Assembly: GCA_964016885.1 (NCBI GenBank)
Contig: OZ024744.1
Location: 73,036,001 to 73,100,000 of the forward strand
Length of the DNA stretch: 64,000 nucleotides
Direction: 5' to 3'
Source of the DNA: Eledone cirrhosa
Taxonomy: Eukaryota
Shown here in pieces: positions 1-13,177 of this stretch. Position numbers and translations under genes: made by a program. Position 1 is the stretch's first letter. The number at the start of each line of letters is the position of its first letter. Below the pieces are notes generated by a model. The model was not told the DNA's origin and made no database searches. It saw nothing but the letters and a program-made list of their open reading frames with translations.

Positions 1-227
1 TTGTGCATTTGCTTACCACGTGCATTTGGTCATTTATTATTATTATTTTTATTTTAAATTTTGCCGTCTTGTATCGCTGTCAACTTAATGTTTTATTTTT
101 TATTTTTTTATTTTCTTAATCCTTACTTTTTATGTGACGGCCTATTATGATTATTTATTCTTATTTGTGTGTGTGTGCATATGTATCCTTTTATATGTGA
201 GTACGTATGCATGTGTGTATATATATA

Positions 228-558
228 TGGTTAGAGCATTGGCCTTGCAATCGAAAGGTTGTGAGTTCAATTCTCAGACCGGGTGATGTGTTGTTTCCTT
301 GAGCAAGAGACTTTATTTCACATTGCTCCAGTTTACTCAGCTGTAGAAATGAGATGATAGGGACTGGGGTCTCTATCATTCCACTGCAAAGTGGTCGTGC
401 AGGTGCCACGGCAAAAAAGCACCCAGCACTCACTGTAAATGAGGTTGGTGTTAGGAAGGGCATCCAGCTGTAGAAATCAAGCCAGAATCAGTTCCCGTCC
501 CACCCTTGCAAGCAGGGAAAAACGGACGTAAAATGAAATGATGATGATGATGATGATG
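228..558 (+). mobile_element. tRNA-derived SINE with RTE-derived 3' part and (ATG)n tail (family A)
   Basis: tRNA-like head with box B GTTCAATTC, CCTTGAGCAAG body, 3' part near-identical to the RTE 3' region at 23357-23520; copies at 23704, 38663, 39006. Confidence 0.85.
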
Positions 559-598
559 TGTGTATGTATGTGTGAGTGTATGTATGTATGTGTATGTG

Positions 599-630
<32 letters not shown>

Positions 631-924
631 CATGTATATGTATATATATATATATATATATGTGTTGGTGTATTTATGTATGGATATATATATATATATA
701 TATATGTGTATGTGTGTGTATATGTGCCTCTGTGTATATTTGTGTGTATGTGTGCATATATATATTTATATGTATATGTGAGTGTGTGTGTGTACGTGTG
801 TGTTGTTATATATTCTTATTTATTATTCTCCCCCCCCCCCCTTTTTTTTTTTCCTCCAGTCTCACTTTCACATCTGTTATATTTTTGTTTTTCAAATCCA
901 CTGTCAATAAAGACACCAGGATTT

Positions 925-984
925 TTTCATTCTGATGAATGAAAGCAATTTTGGTTGCTTTCAAGAAACCACTGGTAAATGAAA
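925..984 (+). ncRNA. Type I hammerhead ribozyme in a PLE pLTR-like repeat
   Basis: tttcatt-CTGATGA-A-tgaaagcaa[ttttgg]ttgctttca-A-GAAA-cca[c]tgg-TA-aatgaaa; all three stems pair; homolog at 25264. Confidence 0.8.
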
Positions 985-1080
985 TAATTATCTTATGTTG
1001 TTTATTACATAACTAATAAGTTCTGTAACTTACATAGAGCACTCTTTTTTCCTGGACCTTTCCAACGGAATTATTTCATT

Positions 1081-1121
<41 letters not shown>

Positions 1122-1126
<5 letters not shown>

Positions 1127-1683
1127 GGTAGACCCAGTAGAGGAATACCACAGAAAACATAAGTGGAGGTGGTGAGAGCTGACTTCAGATCGCTGAAGCT
1201 CACAGAGGAGATGATGAAAGACCATGACATATGGAGAGATGCTATGCTGTAAGAGAACCCATCCCACCCTTGCAAGCAGGGAAAAGCAGGTGTAAAATGA
1301 TGATGATGATGATATATATATATTGCGTTGGTATATTGTGCTAGTCATGCACAAACAATGGGGCATAGATGAACTGAGAGAAAATCTGGGTATAAGAAGA
1401 ATCAGATGTAGTGTGCATGAGAGAAGACTGTACTGCAATAAACATGTAATGGATATGGATAATGACTGTTGGGTAAAGAAGTGCCAGAAAATTCAAGTGA
1501 AGGGAAGCTGCAGTAAAGGAAGACCTAGAAAAACCTTGGCAGAAGCAGTTAGAACTAATCTTAAAAGCTGAACCTCATATAAAAGATGATGAAGGAATGT
1601 CTTAAGGGGAGAGAGAGACTGTGCTGGAAAGAACCCATCTAACCCATGTAAGCACAGAAAAGTGAATGTAATATGATGATGAT
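1122..1683 (+). mobile_element. Two decayed RTE LINE 3' fragments with (GAT)n tails
   Basis: ORF 1323-1571 has RRL.C..HVM.MD..CWVKKC...GRPRKT, homologous to RTE C-termini elsewhere in the window. Confidence 0.8.
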
Positions 1684-2439
1684 ACATTTTTCAGGGGGAA
1701 CTCCCCTCAAATCAGTCTGCAACATATCACTAAATGACCAAATTTATAGATTGGGTTCAGTAGCTAAGTCCAATCCTCAGTATAGTATCCAAGTTTCATT
1801 ATATAAGTTTACAGTTACAATTCACATGTAATTCCATTACTATTTATTAGTTTTGTAATGTATTGATGGTAACTAATAAGAAGTTTACAAGGATTTACCA
1901 GCACCAATGTAACAAAACACTATTTGTTTTGTTTGGCTTATGTTGAATTAACAATGATGTTCTACATGCCATTTGTAGGCTGGCAGAAGTACTAACACAG
2001 CTGATGTCATCTATTAGCTGTCAGTTTAGTAGTTTAGTTAGTCAAGCAACAATAACCACTTTACAATACTACACAATGGCAGTTAATCGGAGAAGACAGT
2101 TATACACAATTTATTTAAAAGCTAAAGTTGTGTATATATAAAACAACATGGTAACTGGGCAATTGTGTGACATTATGTATCCAGCATCAATGAAATAGTA
2201 AAACAAATGATTAAAAAATGGAGAAACAGAAGGATGTGTTAAATAAAATGACAATGAAAATACACAAGATTCATCAGAAAGGCACAATATCCCCACAAGT
2301 GGGGAAAGCTCTGAATTTTTAAAGATTTACTATCAACAAAGTATTGAGTATATAGTCTTAACAAAGATGATATACAAGTTAAGGAGATTTTATAGAAATG
2401 GGAAACTTCAATTTGATTTTCATGCCAACCCTTACCCAT

Positions 2440-2893
2440 GGTCATGAATCTTGTGTAATGACCAAAAGAATACGATCATGAATACAAGTGGCCAAAATGG
2501 GATTCCTCTGAAGGGTCTTTGAAGTAATGTTACTCAATAAAGTACGTAGCTCAGAGATCAGAGAGTCACTCCAGGTAGAGCTGCTACTTCTCTGAAGTGA
2601 GAGATCACAGCTCCAATACTGTGTGCATGTGGTTAGAATGTCTCAGGAAATAATCGCTGGACAGATTTTACGAGCAAAACCAACTGGCAGGAGACCCAGT
2701 GGTAGACCCCGAGCAAGATGGTTGGATAACATCCAAGAGCTTCGTTGGTCAGACTCGGGGATCAACCCTGATCAGGTGGAGATGGTTATTTTTGACAGGA
2801 CCCGCTTGAAGGAGTGTTTGAGGACTGCCTGCACAACCCTCCCAGGAATAAGTGGGTGAAGAAGAAGAAGAAGAAGAAGAAGAAGAAGAAGAA
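2440..2893 (+). mobile_element. RTE-clade LINE 3' fragment with (GAA)n tail
   Basis: HVVRM...GRRPSGRPRARWLD C-terminal motif followed directly by (GAA)n. Confidence 0.75.
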
Positions 2894-4004
2894 AGGAAAC
2901 AAACCAGATTATGAACTAGCTAATTCCTCATCTTAATGTTTCTTCTTTCAGAAGAGGCATGATCCAAACATAAGAATAAAGTCAAAAGTCAAAACTTGTA
3001 CAGAAGATATATGAAGAGTATGAAGAAAAATGTCTAGGAGCTTCACAAATATGTAATTAACACCAGGAAAGAAGTAGATTATGAAACTTCAGATATAAAT
3101 ACACAACAAGGATCTGATGACATACCTAACAATTTTATATTCCAATACTGGAAGTGGATCAATATACACAATGTCAAATGTTTGTGGTCAAACAGGATTG
3201 TTCAGCTGTTGAGTTGTGATCTTGCTTGTGTCCAATCTGGGGATCCAGTTATCTCATGTCAGTATCATATTCCTATTAGATAATACATTGGCTGTTGACA
3301 TATCAATGTGATAAACCAAAACTGAGATCAAACTGAGATCAATGATAAACCAAAAACCAAAAAAAAACATTGAAAAATTCTTCAGTGACCTGGTTACATT
3401 AGGGCATGTAGGATTGTATTAACCTGGACACTACAGACACATTATGTTGCTGATAGAGTTATCTCCCCTTAATACATAATGCAGTGCCAAGGGAAGTAAT
3501 TCATAAAAAATTTCTAGCATGCTGAAGGTTAATCAGATTAGAAAAAAAAACAGTTGATCTAATTAGTATTGCTTGATGAGGAGGCCAGTGTCTTTTATTT
3601 GATGCTACTGTGGTGGATTGGATACATTTCTGCAAACATGTTCTTGCTTCATCACTAGATACATCTAAACCTGTAACGCAAGCAGAATAATGCAAAAGAA
3701 AACATCAAATATTACCAAATAACAACACATTATGTGTTTTAATCCATAACATTGAAGATGATGAGCAACATATGGCACGACAATGCATGCAACAACTGAT
3801 GAAATGAAATCTGCAAACATCTCATTGAAGTGACAAACGAGTAGCACAAACCTTTGTTTTTTGTCCATCAACTTTAATATGAGAGAATATGATTAGTTAG
3901 AACTACATACAGCTCGTGTAATATTAGTTGGAAGAAAAAAGAACATCGTTTTCAATTTTTTTTTTTTTTTAACTAAGAAGAGGATTCAGATGTTCATATT
4001 TATA

Positions 4005-4085
4005 TTACTCTTTTACTCTTTTACTCTTTTACTCTTTTACCTGTTCCAGCCATCCAGCTGAGGCCATGCTGGGGCACCGCTCTTG
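4005..4085 (-). mobile_element. Retroposon 3' tail ending in (GAGTAAAA)n
   Basis: ggtgccccagcatggcctcagc...acaggtaaaagagtaaaagag on minus strand; related pieces at 13778-13824 and 62232-62282. Confidence 0.65.
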
Positions 4086-4088
4086 TTT

Positions 4089-4125
4089 ATATATGGAACA
4101 CTTCACAAATTTGCATGTCATTCTT
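4089..4125 (-). pseudogene. U6 snRNA 3'-end fragment
   Basis: Minus strand AAGAATGACATGCAAATTTGTGAAGTGTTCCATAT vs U6 3' end AAGGATGACACGCAAATTCGTGAAGCGTTCCATAT (4 mismatches). Confidence 0.75.
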
Positions 4126-4482
4126 ATATATATATATATTCAATTTAAATATCCGTATAGAGCTGGTAAGCTATGTCAGACTAGAGGAAGTATCGAGTAC
4201 TTCTTACAGTTGGTAATCAAAAAGAGCTAGTGATACAAATAATAAATAAAAATAAAATATAAATAAGATTTCAAATATTGAAGGCCAATGGGAGGGAGAG
4301 TATGCCTAAGAAAACAAAGAAGAAAATATATATTAAATTATGAATGTGATTTGTGTGAAGTTCCCTTAAATATTGCTGTGTTATCAAACCCTATTGTGGA
4401 AAATATAACCTTGAAAGAATTCCTCATACTGTTGGTTTGGCCTGCTATGCAGATAGTATAAAGCTCCCATTTTTACTACTCT

Positions 4483-4700
4483 TTAAACCTTTAGCATTTA
4501 TATTACTCCATATATATACTATTGTATTTTTGTGGTAAAGGCTTTATCTCACATAATATGGAATCTACGAGATTTTGATGTTATTTATTTTGAAATCAAA
4601 ATGTTAATATCAGTATGAGTGGCCAGTTACAGCCAGTTTAAACAGAAAGAGGTGAGAGAATTCTAGCCAGATATAGCTGGTTTAATAGCTAAAGGGTTAA
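4483..4700. mobile_element. piggyBac-type MITE
   Basis: TTAA-(C)CCTTTAGC...GCTAAAGGG-TTAA termini; copies at 31336, 31824, 63265, partial at 54430-54720. Confidence 0.75.
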
Positions 4701-5099
4701 ACAAAATATAATACTCAAAGAAATTATCAGATCTGTTCTTCTTCTCTTCACACACAAGGTGAGGGGAATGTTGCAAGATGAGACTGTGGTTTAAGAAAAT
4801 AGGGTCAATGGTAACAATGTCCAGATGATCTGCTGAATAAATCAGTAATATTAACATGAGATCAATTCCAAGTGCACAAAGAGTAAAACTTGAGCAATTC
4901 AAAACTAAACAAGCAATTATCTTTGATGGTTTTACATCACAGTTTAAGTCAACTGGCCATTTGGTTGTTTTATGCAAGAAGAGTGGAACAAGAGAATGTC
5001 TGCTGGCATTTCATTAATTGCAACTAAATAACTGAAGCAGTCTATTATTGCACATGATATATCAGTAGATGATAAAAAATGCAAGTGTCTTTTGTGGTT

Positions 5100-5570
5100 A
5101 GGAAAACAGAAAAGGAAGGGAAAGGCAAGGGCTCTAGGGTCACAGAAGAATGGGGAGGTGGAAGGGTGGGTGGTGGTATACAGGCCTAGGGTGTGGCGTT
5201 ATTGAGGCTGCGCCTCGTAAACAAAACTGCAAAAGCATTTCCATGGACAATGGCCAGCGACACCCGCTGCAACAGCCACTCCACCTCATGTGGCTCCTTC
5301 CTCTGCTATGTACCGAAGTAGCCTGTAGGCTGCTGATGTTTCGATCTTGTGGAGGAGCTCAGCAGTACGGGGTTTGGGGACTCCTAAGGTCTCGATGGTG
5401 ACCAGTGGGATGAGGAAGTAGCTGGGCAATCCCCAGTATTTCTTTATATTCTTTTCCTCTGCATTGCGGGTCGCAGTAACGGGGGTTTTGGCTGAAGCGA
5501 CTAGGTTGGAGGTGGAGAACGTGTCACAATATATGACGTCCCAGATGGGGGATCTACCTCTTCACCATGA
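5100..5570 (-). mobile_element. CRE-clade non-LTR retrotransposon 3' remnant (restriction-like endonuclease)
   Basis: Minus-strand translation GRSPIWDV..DTF...AEEKNIKKY...TIETLG...EVEWLLQRVSLAIVHGNAFAVL. Confidence 0.7.
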
Positions 5571-5764
5571 GCAGCTATGATTATAAATATTAGACAAGGC
5601 ATCTAACAAATGTGGAATCGGTCATATGATGTATAGGGAGATATTAACGACACATAAACAGTTGCCAGTAGTGATGGTGATATAGATAGGGTAATGGGTA
5701 AAGACTTCTGTCATGAATGACCATGTGAATTGCACTTAGAATGTTCCACTCCAAGTGTCAAGTC

Positions 5765-5945
5765 TGGGTAATATTGTTTGTGGACAACCAGCCTCCTCTC
5801 TCCATGCCAATGTTGCCCTAGGGAAAGGCAGAGGTTGATAGAGCTTGGCAATAGTAACATTGCAATTCATTTGTACAGCTGAGTGAACTGGAGCAACATC
5901 AAATAAAGTGCCTTGCTGAAGGACACAATGCATCACCTGGTCTGA
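5765..5945 (-). mobile_element. SINE fragment (family C)
   Basis: Reverse complement matches 10735-10930. Confidence 0.55.
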
Positions 5946-6685
5946 GATGTAGATAACAGAAGTGATTAATGTGTTAATAGATTGTAACCTTAAAAAGGGA
6001 GTTTTCACTTATCTGTGACACTCCCAAGAAACAAATATTCCACATTAAAGAACAGTATAAAAGTAGAGATGTGAATAAACCCTCTTTTTTAATGACTCTA
6101 ACTCACCTCAAACACACCCCTCACTTTCTGAATATAATGAGGTCATGGGTGTGCCAATGATGCCTGTGGTATATTGTAGAGATCATTGAGGTACACAGAT
6201 AGTCAGGACTTGGTAATAATAGAAAAACACCTGCACAAGTAGATGGAATGTTGACAAGCATTTTGGACAGTTTGAAAGCAAGCATTTATAGTAAGGGGTA
6301 TACTAAATTTTGTTAATGCAAACTATTTTGATCTAAATTAGAAGATATTCATAAATCATTTAAAGATGTCTTTTTTTTCCACAATATACATTGTTGCTAA
6401 TTATAGGGTGTGTCTTTCCAATTATCACATCTTAGAAGTTAAGAGGTATAGTATATAATATATAACGTGTGTGTATGTATATATATATATACATATATAT
6501 GTATGTGTATATATATGTATATATATATGTATGTGTATATATATGTATATATATATGTATGTGTATATATATGTATATATATATATGTATATATATATGT
6601 ATATATATATATGTATGTGTATATATATATGTATATATATATATATGTATGTGTATATATATGTATATATATATGTATGTATATA

Positions 6686-7960
6686 CAGGGTGCGGATGAT
6701 ATTTGTTCGCAAGATTACTGTCTAGGAAAAAATAACACAGTAGTTTTATTTTTTAAGATATATTTATCAAACTTGGGTCAGTTTGTCTTCATGACTTGTT
6801 CTTTCGATCTCACTCAATAAACCCGCCATTGGCTTTGATGATGGCCTTAAGGCGGCCTCGGAACCGGCTACAGGCCTTTGTCACTGTCCCCCGACTTAGG
6901 CCCCTAAAGGCACTTGTGATCCTGGCCTTCAGACGTCTTTCGTATTGCAGCTAGATCTGTTGGTGTCTCGTTCCACTGCGCCCCACACAAAGAAGTCGAG
7001 GGGGTTGCTGGGAGGCCAGATGTCAGGTGAAGTATGGTCGACAAAGTTCTCTGACAGCCAGGCTTGGGTCTTTCGGCTGGTATGGCAGGGCGCTGAGTCT
7101 TGGTGCCACATGTATGGCCTACCTGCAGCTACCTGGTCGATCCAGGGCTTTACTACCTCGCTCAGAACGCGGATGTAGCCATCAGTGTTCAGCTTGAGGC
7201 CCTCAGGGAAGAAGTGAGGTGGCATTACGACACCTAAGACCAATGTTGTTGCTGGAAACTTTGTCTGCATGACTCTGGGCACGTCTTTGGATGAGACAGC
7301 GAACCACCTGTTGTTCAGGGAGTTGATCTTCTGGTCTTAACAGAAGTTTTTCTCGTCAGAGAAAAACCACAGCATGTCTGGCTCCAGCGGGTGTTTCAAC
7401 TTGTTGATCAGCTTCTTTGCGTGCTTCAGTCACTTTTCTTGCATCGCCTTTGACAGAAATTGTCCTTTCCTCATCTTGTACGAAACGTAGCGAATGTCTT
7501 CATGTAGCACCAGCCTAATGAGCTTTTCATCCACGCCTTTCACCCTTGCAATGGCACGCATCGACTTGCTAGGTTCATTGTTGATGATATCCTGAACTTC
7601 AGCGACGAACTCGGGCATTCTGTAGGCGTCAAATCGTCGATCATGTGTTTTCCTCTCTGATGTTGCTTCGTAGTCGAATCCTGAATCTTCCAATTCCTTT
7701 CTGACCTTTTCCATCATTCTCCTGCTGATGCTGAGAAAGTCTGAAATTTCCTTATTTGTCCTCCCCGCACGGATTCCAAGAAGAACTCTGTGTCTCTTCC
7801 ACAAATTTGGAGGTTCAAAATTATTCATAATCAATTATTCTGAAAATAAATAATGGAAATATAGTCACTGTTTTTATGAAGACAAGAGTGACAATGGAAG
7901 TAAAAAAATTTGCATAAAATTAGCAGTTGAAAATTGCGAACAAATATCGTCCACATCTTG
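6686..7960 (-). mobile_element. Tc1/mariner-superfamily DD37D (maT) transposon, decayed
   Basis: TIRs cagggtgcggatgatatttgttcgcaa / ttgcgaacaaatatcgtccacatcttg, TA flanks; second copy at 61296. Confidence 0.9.
6810..7828 (-). pseudogene. Disrupted DD37D transposase
   Basis: HTH-type N-terminus (ORF 7430-7834), WFFSDEK, QDSAPCH...WPPS..NPLD; internal stops and small deletions. Confidence 0.85.
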
Positions 7961-8694
7961 TATATGTATATATATATATATATACCCATGATAGCATGGA
8001 AAGTGGAAGTTAAATCATGATGATATGTGTGTGTGTATATATATATATATGTGTGTGTGTGTGTATACACATGTATAAAACATAGTTATTCCAATCCATA
8101 AATGACCATGATATCAGTTGATCACAATAAATAATAGTTGAGAAAATCAGGTAAAATGCCCCTGAAGACAGAAAAAGTGGCTTGCCAGAGGTGCCTCAGT
8201 CCGTTTTTTATCACTTTCAGTGGTTTATATATATATATATATATTCAAAATAGAGGGTGTACAAGACAAAGACAATGGAAAAATCAATGGAAATATGAAC
8301 TGTCCATCTTCTCAGTCAATCACTGGAAATCACTATAGTTTTGGTATAATTAAGGTTGATACCTTTTATTCCCGTACACATTGTGACACAGATATAATGT
8401 ATATGAGTGTGTGTAATTATATATTAAATTGCAAACTGTGCTCCTGTTATATGCAATAAATGCATATCTGTACAGAAAAGGGAGATTTAATCAAAGCTGT
8501 ATGAATATGAAAGTACATATAAAGCACGCAACTTTTTTCATGTTTTTTCCATGAACAGAAAGATGTAAGCATTCTCTGAAGATGAATCCTATTGGAGCAG
8601 AAACTTCAGGCAAATCATTCACTATACATATATAAATATTCTTTCTCTTCTTCTTGCATTACATGTACACAATGCTTAGAGAGAGACAGATTGT

Positions 8695-8990
8695 GATTAT
8701 TGAGCCAGACGAAGACATTGTGTTGTATTATGGATTGCCTCCAGGCTGCCAAGAAAACACCTGAGGTTGCAATCCCGAACAAGATTCAGTACTGTCTGAT
8801 CAAGGTCGCCACAGTTGCATGCTGGACTGTCTTTCATTTTCCGTCAATGGAGATGATGGGCTGTCCTGGCATGTGTTGTGAGGAACTGTTTAAGGGACAT
8901 CCATGTTGCTTTCTAGGAAGGTCAAAGCCAGCTGGTTTAGATGTAGGGTCCTGGACAAGGTCTATATCAATATTAATACAGGTTTGCTTA
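8695..8990 (-). mobile_element. Vingi/Ingi-like LINE 3' remnant (C-terminal Zn knuckle)
   Basis: Minus-strand PAGFDLPRK...LN...DSPACNCGDLDQTV..LVRDC...F.GSLEAIH, frameshifted. Confidence 0.6.
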
Positions 8991-9090
8991 AATATTGTAC
9001 TTTTTCTATATAGATATATATTGAAGTAAATAGAGTAAAGGCGATCGTCATAAGTACAATAGTTCTGGTTGCATTATTAATATATGTTAT

Positions 9091-9770
9091 AAGGGCGGTG
9101 GATTGGCAGTATCAGTAGAGGGTCGGATGCCATGCTTTCCAGCATAGTTACGTCCCTTTACGATCTGAGTTCAAATCCCACCGAGGTTAACTTTGCCTTT
9201 CATCCTTACGGGGTCGATAAAATAAAGTACCAGTAATGCACTGGGTAATTGCTGGCCTTGTGCCTAAAGTAGAAACAATTATTAATATATGTTATAATCC
9301 CACCGAGGTTAACTTTGCCTTTCATCCTTACGGGGTCGATAAAATAAAGTACCAGTAATGCACTGGGTAATTGCTGGCCTTGTGCCTAAAGTAGAAACAA
9401 TTATTAATATGTTATAATCCCACCGAGGTTAACTTTGCCTTTCATCCTTACGAGGTCGATAAAATAAAGTACCAGTAATGCACTGGGTAATTGCTGGCCT
9501 TGTGCCAAAAGTAGAAACAATTATTAATATATGTTATAAGGGTGGCGTATTGGCAGCATTGGTAGAGTGTTGGACACTGCTTTGCAACATAGAGTTACGT
9601 CCCTTTGGGTTCTGAGTTCAAATCCTGCCGAGGTTAACTTTGCCTTTCATCTTTACGGGGTCCATAAAATAAAGTGCCAGTAACATACTGGGTCGATTTA
9701 ATAGACTTTCCTTCCCCAAGATTGTTGGCCATGTGCCTAAATCAGAAACCATTATTAATATATGTTATAG
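9091..9770 (+). mobile_element. Tandem array of tRNA-derived SINE family B (two full units, ~121-bp 3' half triplicated)
   Basis: gggcggtggattggcagtatc...GAGTTCAAATC...gtcgataaaataaagtaccag...gaaacaattatt repeated. Confidence 0.85.
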
Positions 9771-10247
9771 TTCAATACTGATTGAAAAGAATGATAATGT
9801 TTTAAAGATTATTAAAGTAAGATCTTTAAAAGACCTATTTTATTAATATACATGTATTTAATCAACTGTTACTGTCCATTACCTGAACTTTAGTGGGTAT
9901 CTGTGAAAATGACGCCATGCTCTGAAATATTTCAAATGTGTATTGAAGTAATTATATGAGGTTTTCATCCTATTCAATATATTGATCTCCCAATGCCATT
10001 AGTGTATATCTGCTTTGTTCTCTGATCCTTCATTTCATGCTATATTTTATGTTATAGTGTCTTACAAATGAGAACTCTTTTAGACTGAACCTCTGATATT
10101 TACTTGCTTTTAGAATATTAGATATGTGACTCATAAGAGTTAACCACTTTTCCTTCGCCTAGACTTATCTCTCTTCTAATATGTTGTGTAGATCTTAAGT
10201 ACAATCTACTTCCTTTCCAGACAGGAAATAGCATTATTATTCAAAAC

Positions 10248-10440
10248 AAGGACGGTGGATTGCCAGCACTGGTAGAGCGTCGGACACCATGCTTTTCAGC
10301 ATAAAGTTATTGCCCTTATGTTCTAAGTTCAAAATCCCGCCGAGGCTAGCTTTGCCTTTCATCCTTACCCAGGTGGATAAAATAAGGCACCAGTAACACA
10401 AATTTCTGGCCTTGTGCCTAAAGTAGAAATGATTATTATT
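10248..10440 (+). mobile_element. SINE family B copy
   Basis: Homology to 9091-9290. Confidence 0.75.
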
Positions 10441-10679
10441 CAAAACGACATGCCGAATTTGAATAAAAAGCAGCTTGAAGATCTGAGAGCTGCAGATTAC
10501 CTTGTAACATACAATTCATGTGGTAAAACTTCAAAGTCACTAGTTGATTTCTATCTAATGCACTCTACCTATTATCCAGCTCTTTTATAGTTAATATGTG
10601 CACTATGGGAGCTTTTAACAAGGAAAGCAAATAAATTTCAAATTTGACTAATGTCATTATACAAACATACATATGAGTT

Positions 10680-11010
10680 TGATAGAGAGTTGGATTCACA
10701 ATTATGTGGTTGTGAGTTTGATTCCTGGACCAGGCAATGCATTGTGTCCTCAAGCAAGACACTTTATTTCACGTTCCTCCAGTTCACCCAGCTGTAGAAA
10801 TGAGTTACAACATTACTAGTACCAAACTGTATTGGCATTTGCCTTTCCCTTGGAGAACATTGGTCGTGTAGAAAGGCAGACTGGTATGCAAGGGCAACTG
10901 CTCCAGATCATCCACAAAAACACCTTGCCTGGGCTTGTGCCTCAGAGGAGAATATTCTAGGTGCAAAACCCATGTTCATTTGTGACCGAAGGGGGTTTAC
11001 TCTTAAACCT
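10680..11010 (+). mobile_element. tRNA-derived SINE family C
   Basis: tRNA-like head, cctcaagcaagacactttatttcac body; related copies 44712-44980, 50520-50640, 56256-56530. Confidence 0.6.
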
Positions 11011-11656
11011 ATTATTATTCACTTGTAACGATCAGTCCACTAATTGTTGGTCTCTTGATAAGCTTTATAACCTCACAGCAATGGTGCATTTCTATAGTGC
11101 AGGATTGCTGCAAAGCAATTTGACAAAACAGTCAGGACTTTGAAGAAAAAGTAGGTATATTTTTGTCTATTATTTCCTCGCATTTTTAATTTGATATATA
11201 TATTGAAATTTTTTAAAAGACAAGTTTTAATACTACATGCAGATCATTCCTCACTTTTTTTAATTTTGTGGCTATAATTAGTTTTGCTTTTTTTTATAGT
11301 ATTAGATTTTTTAGTTTTAGTTAGTAGACTTTTGGTGTCATTTTGTTTTTATTCACTGCATGCTAAACTTTATTGTTGTTTTTTGTGTGTAAGACGTGTG
11401 TTTTTACTATTCTTATACTATGAAGAATTTTCTTTTTTGATTTGTGAAATAAATATGTTGTCTTCTCTTTATTCTTAAATTTCAAAATTTTCAAATCTAT
11501 AATTCAGTTACAATTATTTTATTATTGATTAATGTTATTTGAATGATTATTTATTGATTGTTATGTAATTGTATTGTTAATTTACTCCTAAATGATTATA
11601 TTTTATTAGAACACATCTGTTTGATATAAAGAGGATTATTATTATTACTATAGTTG

Positions 11657-11995
11657 AGGGCGGTGAATTGGCAGTATCGGTAGAGGGTCGGACGCCATGC
11701 TTTGATGCATAGAGTTACGGCCCTTGCAATTCTGATTTTAAATCCCACCGAGGTTAACTTTGCCTTTCATCCTTACGGTGTCGATAAAATAAAGTACCAG
11801 TAATGTACTGGGTAATTGCTGGCCTTGTGCCAATAGTAGAAACAATTATTATTACTATAGTTCAAATCCTGTCGAGGTTAGCTTTGCCTTTCATCCTTAC
11901 AGGGCCGAGAAAATAAAGTATCAGTAACGTACTTTCCCTTCCCCCCAAATTGTTGGGCTTGTACCTATATCAGAAAGCATTATTATTATTGTTGT
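11657..11995 (+). mobile_element. SINE family B, one and a half tandem copies
   Basis: Homology to 9091; (ATT)n tails. Confidence 0.75.
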
Positions 11996-12244
11996 TATTA
12001 TTATTGTAGCTTTTGTGTGTCTTAAAGTTCAATTAATATAGTAATAGAATGTGCTCTTCATCTAAAATGTTTTACTTTGCTCTTCATCAGAAAACTTTTT
12101 ACTTGTCTCTCGTGCTATAAATTATTGCCATTTTTAATGTTATTGTTATCATTGAAATGATAGGTTCCAATCCAATTCTCTAGGTTCTGATTTTAAAATA
12201 TGCATTGGGCAATTTTGTCTTTAATCTTTTCACAAATGAATATG

Positions 12245-12696
12245 TAAGTATCGTTGGATGTGCAATGTGAATGTGAGAAACAGGCTGAACTTGGACATGC
12301 TGAGGGAGAAGCTGTGTTTAAGGGGAATCCAAAGTGGTGTGCAGGAGAAATGACTACGTTGGTATGGACATGTAATGTGCATGTACGATGACTGATGGGT
12401 GAAGAAATCCCAGGAAATACCAGTGGAAGGAAGCTGCAGTAGAGAAAGACAAAGAAAGACCTGGGCAGAGGTTGTGGGAGCTGACCTCAAATCGCTAAGA
12501 GTGGTAGAGGAGATGATGAAACAACACAACAAATGGAGACATGCTGTGCTCAGAGGGACCCGTCTAACCCATACAAACATGGAAAAGCAGACATAAAAAC
12601 GGTGATGTTGAGATTATATACTCAGGATTAGTTCAATTTTCTCTACTTTTCTACAACTTACATTATGCCCACATTAGATGATATTGTTGTTTTTGT

Positions 12697-12749
<53 letters not shown>

Positions 12750-12890
12750 GGTGTTAGAAAGGGCATCCAGCCGTAGAAAACCCGCCAGACAGTCCTATGC
12801 GAGCAAGACAATCACTCTTGCCTCAAGTGGGAAAACCCCCGTCCAAACCCATGCAAGCGTGGAACACGGACGTTAAACGTTGATGATGAT
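12245..12890 (+). mobile_element. RTE LINE 3' fragments
   Basis: WMCN...LRWYGHV..M...WAEVV.ADL; RTE-type tail at 12749-12890. Confidence 0.75.
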
Positions 12891-12897
12891 ATATATG

Positions 12898-12929
<32 letters not shown>

Positions 12930-12944
12930 TATACATATATATAC

Positions 12945-12975
<31 letters not shown>

Positions 12976-12980
12976 CATAT

Positions 12981-13043
<63 letters not shown>

Positions 13044-13112
13044 TATACATATATACATATATGTATATAAATATACATATATACATATATATACATATAT
13101 ATATATATATAC

Positions 13113-13154
<42 letters not shown>

Positions 13155-13177
13155 GTATATATATATATATATATATG

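Noticed and set aside
191-463. Recurrent ORF MPFLTPTSFTVSAG... (also 19699, 23240, 38743, 57064)
   Set aside because: Antisense reading of the SINE/RTE tail, not a gene family
8571-8612. Possible hammerhead CTGAAGA-tgaatcc[tatt]ggagca-GAAA
   Set aside because: No convincing stem I or cleavage triplet
9176-9540. CRISPR-like regular repeats
   Set aside because: Whole units repeat with no unique spacers; SINE-derived; eukaryotic context
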